Assembly (NCBI GenBank): GCA_023334545.1
Contig: JAADVB010000124.1
Location: 1-52,930, forward strand
Length of the DNA stretch: 52,930 nucleotides
Origin: Salisapilia sapeloensis CBS 127946
Lineage: Eukaryota; Protista; Oomycota
Direction of reading: 5' to 3'
The notes beneath the pieces were generated by a model. The model searched no databases and was not told the DNA's origin. It saw only the letters and a list, made by a program, of their open reading frames with translations. The position numbers and the translations under genes were made by a program. Positions 45,114 to 52,930 of this stretch are shown here, piece by piece; positions within the stretch are counted from its first letter, which is position 1, and every line of letters begins with the position of its first letter.

Positions 45114-46552
45114 TTATTCTTTTTCTTTCTCTTTTGTTGAAGTGGCGACGGACTCGGCCGCGACGGCCCACTCGACCATCTCGTCCTGCGAGCTGCATTG
45201 GAACGAGACTTTGCGGCTGTAGCCGGAGCGGAAGAGCGTGAAGGTGTTCGTGGATCGAGTCTCGGTAACGTCAAAAGTCGGAGTGGAGGCGGAGCCGTGC
45301 ATGTCTAGACGACACATAGGTAGACGTAGGGACGTGACATTGGCAGCACACGCTCGCGAATTGTCCAGAGCTAATAGTATACTTTTCCATGAAGTCGAGA
45401 TAGACCTCGTGGTGCCTTCTTTCAGTGGCAAGCAGTGTAGAAACCCGTCTCTCGTGATGACGCAGAGGGCGTCGACCCACGTCCGGAAGAAGGTGGAGGC
45501 GCTGGCGTCCTGGAACTTGAGGAATCCGCATCGGACCACTCGTTCGCTCGCGAGAGGCGACTGGAGCTTCCGGAAGAGCTCAGCTTCTGCCTCTTCATCT
45601 GCCACAGCCTCGGCTGTCCTCTGCATACATATCGTCAGCTATATCCTTGGATGCTATCGATGCTATCGTACATTTTTCGGGATCCGTCGGACGCTCTGGA
45701 GTAGATCTCGCTCTGGGTGCATACGCTACTTGTGCTAAGACTAGATGGAGAAAAGTAGAGGTAGAGGGAGTACCTGGACTGATGCGATGGGTTCCGAGGT
45801 AGCTGCTGCCATCTCTTCAAACAAGAGCTTTTGCTTCCGGAGGTAGGTGTCTAGAGCAGTCTGGAGGACGGCCGACCGCCACGTTTCGAGTGTCTTGTAC
45901 TGCTGAAAGAGACCTGCCATGCCCTTGACGTACTCTACTCGAGCGTCTTGGAGGCGAGTGACGTGGACGCAGTAGTCCAGTTGGGCCAGCCACGTATCAG
46001 AGGTTGCGTCCTCGGACTGGAGGCGAGTGTATCTGTCGAAAGCGTCCAGGACATTCCTTTGGTTGGTCTCTAGCTGCTTCTGGAGAGATGCTCCGTCCGC
46101 CTGGAGAGCATTCGCTTTGGATTCATACGTAGCGATCATGTCCTCTAGCTGTTTCTGCATCACGTCTCTTTTGATGGTGGTGGAAAACTGCTGTAGTTTC
46201 TCCGCCAAGTCCTGCTGACTCTGTCCGATGCGAGCGAGAGCTCTTTCGCTCGACGATGGTACGCTTAGGTCTGTGTCCTCTGGCGACTCTAGCATCGGCC
46301 GTAGCTTTGCCAGTGCATCTGCATACGCCACATCCTAACGATAGGCTTTAGTAGTGTTTTAGTAGGCTAGGATCGATGGTCTACCGCTTGCAGACGCTGC
46401 GTGAGGAACGAGAGGACGCGTGTGTTTTCGACTTTAGCTCGTTTCAATTCAATATCAAAGCTACGCCAGTACTCTTGGTCTCGTGTTAGTCGTGCATCTA
46501 TCCGATCCTTCCGAAGCTCTTCAAACGTCTGTAGGTCGTTCCTCTCGCCCAT
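45114..46552 (-). CDS. Coiled-coil (F-BAR-like) plus C-terminal PH-domain protein, multi-exon
   Basis: Helical coiled-coil exons followed by PH-like RCGFLKF...FFRTWVDALCVITRDGFLH...SFQCSSQDEMVEW; introns begin gtagac and gtactc. Middle exon boundaries uncertain. Confidence 0.7.
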
Positions 46553-46692
46553 CCTCCGTCCGCCAGATCCGTGTCGACGCTCCTACTTGGTCGCATAAGG
46601 TGGGACAGTGTCTCGTAGTATTATATACAGTGACACGGACGAGTCGGATGCACCTACTGCGCACTTAACATCGCCTTGAGCTGACGAGGGAC

Positions 46693-49165
46693 ATGCGACG
46701 GTCGAGTGGGGCCGACTGTGAGCTCTGTCACTTGGCCTACTCCTTCTCCAGGACATCTTCAGCCAAGGTTGATCGAGCCTCTTCTACTAGAGAGCGAAAT
46801 CCGAGTCTCGAGTACGAAGATGAGCATGAACTAGGCTCGGATTCCTTCGCGATGCTATCGAAGCCATTCTTCGACGAATACGTCCCGGCCGTCGCGGTCG
46901 CAGCGACCCACGGACGTCTGCATCACGTCTGGCACTGGGTAAGTACGCTCCAGGCTTTACACGACACTAGAGCTCATGTACGTGTATTATCAGGTGGAAC
47001 ACGCCGGTGCGGACGTGGACGCCATGGACCACTTTGGTACCCGTCCGCTGCATCGAGCTGCGGTAGAAGGACATGCTGAGATTGTCCAGTACTTGCTATC
47101 TCAAGGCTCCGACGTAAACGCTCGTATTCGAAACGACCGTCGAGGCGACACGCCGCTCTTGCTAGCGTCCTCCAGAGGTCACGTGCGAGTCGTGTCCATT
47201 CTCGTCAGCCATGACCGCATCGCCCTGGATGCTAAGAGCGAGGACGAATACACTGCACTACTAGCCGCCACGAGAGCCAACTCGCTCGAGTCTGTCCGGG
47301 AGCTCGTGGCGAAAGGAGCTGCCTTGGACGCCACCTTTCCTCTCGTCAGCGACACTCGACAGCGACCGCACCACGCAAGTCCAGCGACGTGCCTCCATCT
47401 AGCTGTTTGGTACGGACACGTAGATCTTGTCACCTACTTGATCCAAGTGGTTGGGATGGATGTGAATTTGCGCATGAAGGGCGGGAGTGGTGCCGCTCCG
47501 CTTCATCTAGCAGCTAAGAGAGGGCACGTTGACGTCGTCCAAACGCTCTTGAACACTACAAACGTCGAGGTGGACGTCCAGGACGCGAGAGGCATGACGC
47601 CTCTCCACTACGCTGCAGACTATACGGACAAGAGTGCTTACAAGGCGGAGGAGGAGGCGTCCACCACACGTGTGTCGACCACGGTCGGCACCACAGGTCT
47701 AGACCCTCCTTCCTCGCGTCCAGGCCGATCTGCGTCTCTGTTCTCCATGCCGCGTCGATCGCACTCGATCCAGTCTCTCGGTCGTCGCCAGTCGGACGGT
47801 ATCAAAGCGCTGGACGACCGGAGGGTCGAGCGAGAGATGGAGCACGTTAAGGTTGTTGAGATGCTCGTCAGTCACGGCGCAGCGGTCCGTTCTCGCCGCA
47901 TGCGTGATCGTGCCACTCCAGTGCGCTGCGCCGCGCAGCGCCAGCACTTTTTGATCGCTCGGAGACTGCTGGACTTTGGCGCTAAGTCCAGCACGGCGTC
48001 TCGCTGGCTCTTTGCCGTCGTCTACGGCCGAGAGCCGGACCGCGTGCGGATGCTGGCGTCGAATCCACGTCCGCATCCTCCCAGTGTGCCTGGCGGAGAC
48101 AGTCATGCTGCTGGATCCTCCGACTCGATGCCGACAGCCACGGAGCGTCGACCGAGAGAAGACAACTCTTCAATCCTGTCGTCCATGTCGTCCTCCTCTA
48201 CCATCCATACGAATGTGCGGATGGGGACGTGGAGCCACGGACGCGTGCGTGCTGCCAGTAGTCCGCAGCATGTAGATGCTTGGGCGAGACCACTGGCGAG
48301 GGCGCAGAGTGCAGACGTCCCCAAGTCTTATCATGCGATCCATGACTTCACTCCTCTCCACTTGGCCTGCATGCGTCGAGACATGACGCACCTCGAGTCT
48401 CTCCAGGACGGATCCTACGACGTGAACGCTCGTACCTTGTCCGAGCACCTGACGCCTCTGCATGTCGCCGCGCAGTACGATTTCCATCAAGGCGTCGTGT
48501 GGCTGCTCAAGAGACAAGCTCAAGTGCATGTCTACTCTCGTCCGGAAGGTCTCATGCCGCTACATTACGCCGTCCAGAGCGGTCACTTGCGTATTGTCCG
48601 TCTGCTCTTGCGAGCAGGAGCCGACGTGAACACCACGACAAAGACGGACGGGACGTCTGCTATCCTCCTCGGACTGCTGAATGGGCGGTCGCGGGTCGTC
48701 AAGTACCTCGTACGCCATGGCGCAAGTGTGCAGGTGGACGAGAGGCATGTGGTGCATGTGCCGAGAGCAGACTCTCGCCTATACGTTCCGTCGTGTGTGG
48801 ATAAGCTGCCGAGACACGAGACGGACCGGACAACGGCGATGCACGTCGCTGCTTTTCTAGGAGACTTGGAGGCGCTGGAGGAGGCTGTTTGCCAAGGAGG
48901 AGAGGTGGACGCATCGGATGCAGATGGAGCGACGCCGTTGTGGCTAGCTGCTCTGGTCGGGCGACTGCGCGTCGTCGAGTACTTGGCGGAGAAAGGAGCG
49001 GACTTGACGATTGAAGTTGCAGGCAGCGGCACGCCGGCGATGAACGCGGCCGAGTTTGGGCACTTGGAGTGTCTCGAGTACTTGACGCAGCCGACGCCGG
49101 ATCGAGAGTCGGATCTCGGCCGACTATCGCTGCGGAGTATCGGGACGGATGCGTCTGTCGGGTGA
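46693..49165 (+). CDS. Ankyrin-repeat protein (2 exons)
   Basis: Many TPLHxAAxxGH units in two clusters around a disordered middle; intron gtaagt...tatcag joins 46693 to the 729-aa ORF. Confidence 0.9.
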
Positions 49166-49225
49166 TGTAGGAAGAAGAGAGTTTTACAAGTATCTTTTTG
49201 GATATTTAACAAGTGCCATTGGGGT

Positions 49226-50183
49226 TTACGCAGTGATACCGAGTTGCTCTTTGCATTCGTTACAGTACCACGTGCCTTGCGGCTGGTCCTTGAGGCCGAC
49301 GCAGTCGAAGTGGAACCACTCGTACTTGCAGTCGTCGTTGTCGCACCCGACCATCTGGCCGTACGAGACGCGACGGCAGAAGCAGTAGATGGGTTCGTTC
49401 GGGTCGATCGGAAGGTCTTCTCCGACCATGCCAGGGGTCTAGTGCAGAAAATGAGATCAAGATAGACTGGTGATGTGTATGGGAGGTAGAGTACGGCTGC
49501 GGGGGTTTCTGGAAGAGCTTCAGCGGCCGACCGTTTGCGATTACTAGAGGCCTTGGTGCTCCCGACGGTGGCGTTCTTCCCTCGTCCACGCCTCTCTTCT
49601 CGACTGGAAGGACCGGAGGCGGAGGAGGATTGGGCACGACTAGGCGTGGGCGTCTGTGCCGAGAGTGACGACGGCGTACCACTCGTCCGACGCTTCTTGT
49701 GGAGAGGACCTCGGACGTCGTCATCCAGCTCGCCTGCGGGTTTGAGTAGCTTGGCGTACTCTTCCAAATCTTCATCTAGGCGCCGGATGTGGTGATCGAC
49801 AATGTCGTAGGACTGGGCAGCGATGGCGATTTTCTCGTCCAGCTTTTGGACCACGCGCTCTCGCGTGTCTGTGAGGAGCTGCACGTGTTCATTTGCGTCG
49901 ACGAGTTCACGCAGCTCGCTCTCGTCTGGTTCTGGACGACTGCTGTCCATGCACCTGTCATTCACGCTCTTCCTGGCACTGCGTAGAAAGTCTTTATGCG
50001 TCGAACGTAGTGACTCGATCAATTGATGCGAATTCTATGTAAAGGTGTTGCGTAAGAGAGTGCAAACGTGGCTTGGCGGGAGGAAGGTACCTTGTCGAGT
50101 TCTCTCATGAGGTCAAAGTTACGCTTGACCTCGGACGGAAGCATGTACATGCTCTCGAGATAGTCCTCCAAGTAGGTCCCCAT
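49226..50183 (-). CDS. ING-family PHD-finger protein (3 exons)
   Basis: [31 protein letters not shown]; [22 protein letters not shown]; [39 protein letters not shown]. Confidence 0.95.
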
Positions 50184-50476
50184 CGTCTCTCGTTTTTCGT
50201 GTTTGGCGCCGGTCGATAGGGAGGTACATTGCGAGACAAATGATGCTTGGATTGTAGGTCGGAGAGAAGTGGCAAAGCGCGAGGTTACCGGTAACCATTT
50301 TTCGATCGTACGCCTTGATCGGAAGCAAAGCAGCCGAAGGGATGTATCGCATCTTGAGCTATGGATGAAGGCTGTCTGTTGATATCGAAGTGGAAGCTGA
50401 ATGCGTTTGTATACCCGACTGTATCATTTTGATTTTGAAAGAGTACGGGTTTGACATTTTCGTACGCGTATGGCAT

Positions 50477-50548
50477 GGGGGAATAGCTCAGCGGTAGAGC
50501 GCTGGATTCCAGTCCCAGCGGTCGGGGGTTCAATCCCCTCTTCCCTCA
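50477..50548 (+). tRNA. tRNA-Trp (CCA)
   Basis: GGGGGAA/TTCCCTC acceptor stem, GCTC/GAGC D arm, TT-CCA-GT loop, GGGGG-TTCAATC-CCCTC T arm, A73. Confidence 0.9.
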
Positions 50549-52095
50549 TTTATAATCTTTTCATGGGATTGCTCCATGAATAGACAGAGGCTAAGAGAAT
50601 ATGAAGATGGTTTTGTCTTTGCAGCATTTTTATTCGGATTAGATCGAGCTAGTGAAGATAGCTCAATGGTTAATCAAGGGGCATATGGAATGGTACACTA
50701 TTTAAATATATCGATAGCAAAAGCCTTCTTGATACTCATTTGCGAGTGCGTGGACGCGATCTTGGGAATCCCAAATATTGAAGTACACTTGAAGTCGGAT
50801 CTTGGACGATTTTGAAGCAGGTATCGCGCTCTAGAAAGTATCAAGACAACGATCTAAGACTGCACGCTGTATGCTTGCTAATCCGCTTTTTGTGGCGACT
50901 ACAAGTCTGTGATGGCAGATGATGGCAGCGTACTCATTAGTCCCATCTTTGGTCAGAGAATGGATACAGAATTGATAGACGTCACTCAGGTTAGCAAAGT
51001 CGTTCATGATATGTTTCTCGCTTGCACCCTGAACGCTGTTGTACTGAGTACAACTTACTATCCAAGGCTGTGGGTTTAATTTTCAATAGAGCAATAGACT
51101 GCAAGGAATAAGTACTATCGTCAATGCAGAAATGAACGATAGAAATGTCGACACGATTTTATCATATGATCCAACAAAAGTAGTAAACTTTATTTCACAA
51201 CCACCGCTAGGTGTCTTTAATCGATGCAGAACGCTTCTAAACTAACCTATACTACAGGCAAATTCGATGCTCGGCCTCTTGTATGAAAGGGACCGACTAT
51301 GACGCAACGTACACCCACCCTTGATCATCCCAGTAGTATCGCGAGAATTCCCGCATACCTCTTATAAGGCTATTATGTACAGTCCGGAACATGCTAGCAA
51401 CATTTCCTGCCATGTTCTATCCATTGTCAAAGGACTATCACCATCAATCAACATTGCTAACAGAATTTCAACATGAGAATAGACTCCGAAAATCGACCTC
51501 GTAACTGCATAAAGCACTTGGAGTGTTCTCTTTTTCGAGTAGACTGGCCGATCCTCGGCCTTACTGTTCCTCGATAAATATAGCTTTTGATACATCGTGC
51601 TACTTGTTATTGGATACAATCGTTGCCATCTTCGGTAAGGCTTAAAGCTACGTACCATGGATGCTCAAAGCTGGATTTGAATGCGATTCAGATGTCGTTC
51701 TGGCTGTCCATATTCCATAACGGAAAGGCTCTTTCACAGGTTCTATCCCGGCGATTGCTACACATACGTGCCTCGCAGGTCACCGAAGAAGCTTGCTTCT
51801 CTAGTTCCAAGGCCTGGCGACCTGCGTAGCGAAGCTCATACCGAACTATTCGCTCGTCTATTCCGTACATAAGTAGATCTACTAGGCTGACGTGGCAGGA
51901 AACATCTGCTTGTCAGACATACAAAATCAAGATAAAACGAGGTCCAGAGCCCGTTTCTGGCACAGCTCCTACGTGTCGTGGTAACCTGAGGCCAACAATT
52001 CGACCTTGGATGATACACGAAGGGCGATTGCCTCGCTGGCAAACAGTCAATCTGTTCTTCATAGTTAGTCGAGCTGCTCAGTGATAAACGGAATA

Positions 52096-52930
52096 ATGAG
52101 AAGATGCCAATCTCGGCGTCTTTGCCTCGCAGCGCTCCTCATTGCGCTTCACGTGAGTCATGGCGAAGCAGACGCTGTTGTAGTGTCAGAGCGGTTCTTG
52201 CAAGAAGATCGGCCGATTGCTACCACGCCGCCGTCCTCAGTACCACTGGATGATTCTGGCGATCTAGTATCGCCTTCTGCATCTAATGAGGACGATCCGA
52301 TAGAAAACCCGCCTAACGAACTAGACCGTGACGCTGATAATCAAGTTTCGGATAGCCAGGATGCCGTATTCTCCAATGTGCCGAACGATGATGAATCAGA
52401 CACCCCATCTCTGGCATCACCAGACCAAGATGAAGATGATGAAATAGATTCACAAGTGGATGATTTCACCCCGGACAACGATGTACCTCTGTCAGAAACA
52501 ATTGAAACTTCGACTCCAAACGTCATCGAGTTCACTAATTCCCAAAGCAGTACGCCCAATCCATCGGATGAATCAACCTCAGCAGATAGTTCTCAAGAAA
52601 CTACCAACAATTCGAATACAGAAGCTAACGAATCGACCACCACAAGCGACTTTCCCGAGCGCTCTACAGATGGGTTTAAACAAAGCCAAGCCGAAGATGG
52701 CCACGAACATGACACCGGCAGCGAAATGCCAACTGCCGCACAATCATCGAACTCTAATAGCAACACAGGCTCCAGCACAACAACCACTAGCAGCGCTTCT
52801 AGTGTTGGCAGCAGCAGTGGCGTTGGCAGTTCGCCTGTATCTCCGTCGAGCAGTGGTGGCGACGACAGCAATGACAATGGCGACAGTAGCGGCGACGGAG
52901 GCGTGGTCGATCCTAGCACCAGCGCTTCTA
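52096..52930 (+). CDS. Secreted acidic Ser/Thr/Asp-rich (mucin-like) protein, 5' part; open past the window end
   Basis: Not in the ORF track (no stop in window). MRRCQSRRLCLAALLIALHVSHG signal-like start, then an open low-complexity D/E/S/T/G frame. Confidence 0.75.
   Translation, partial: MRRCQSRRLCLAALLIALHVSHGEADAVVVSERFLQEDRPIATTPPSSVPLDDSGDLVSPSASNEDDPIENPPNELDRDADNQVSDSQDAVFSNVPNDDESDTPSLASPDQDEDDEIDSQVDDFTPDNDVPLSETIETSTPNVIEFTNSQSSTPNPSDESTSADSSQETTNNSNTEANESTTTSDFPERSTDGFKQSQAEDGHEHDTGSEMPTAAQSSNSNSNTGSSTTTTSSASSVGSSSGVGSSPVSPSSSGGDDSNDNGDSSGDGGVVDPSTSAS

Noticed and set aside
50576-52050. Short ORFs downstream of tRNA-Trp
   Set aside because: Fragmentary with no recognisable domain; likely intergenic or decayed sequence.
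1-52930. CRISPR arrays, rRNA genes, telomeric TTTAGGG tracts, LTR pairs
   Set aside because: None seen; the only regular repeat array lies inside a coding sequence and has no unique spacers.

Overview
Eukaryotic nuclear DNA, most likely an oomycete. Evidence: an oomycete-type multi-pass membrane family with the LLFRCEYLASLEYVE motif, an inverted OMPDC-OPRT fusion, and short ~50-nt GT-AG introns with CTAAC branch points. The window has a two-compartment layout. (1) Accessory zone, 1-15.5 kb: decayed gene remnants, two tandem membrane-protein paralogues, a lineage-specific gene plus a second copy split by a ~2.8-kb insertion carrying a LINE remnant, and a secreted acidic tandem-repeat protein. 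(2) Very compact housekeeping islands at 15.5-29.4 kb and 36-50.6 kb: NAA25, SCO1, NDUFA8, two nitroreductases, HSPBP1/FES1, TAM41, tRNA-Asp, SEC61B, CCDC81-like, UMP synthase, LOA1-like acyltransferase, SRP68, exosome RNase PH subunit, LIAS, RPS7, F-BAR-PH, ankyrin, ING, tRNA-Trp. The islands are separated by a 6.7-kb gene-free block with a ~2.8-kb core of only ~22-27% GC, depleted in CC/GG but not in CpG or CpA. Best leads: that AT-rich island and its non-RIP dinucleotide signature; a spliced secreted protein carrying an antimicrobial-peptide-like amphipathic helix; and the paralogue pair with a shared in-frame UGA or hidden intron. No database searches were run; identities come from motif recognition, exon boundaries are manual inferences, and counts are approximate hand counts.
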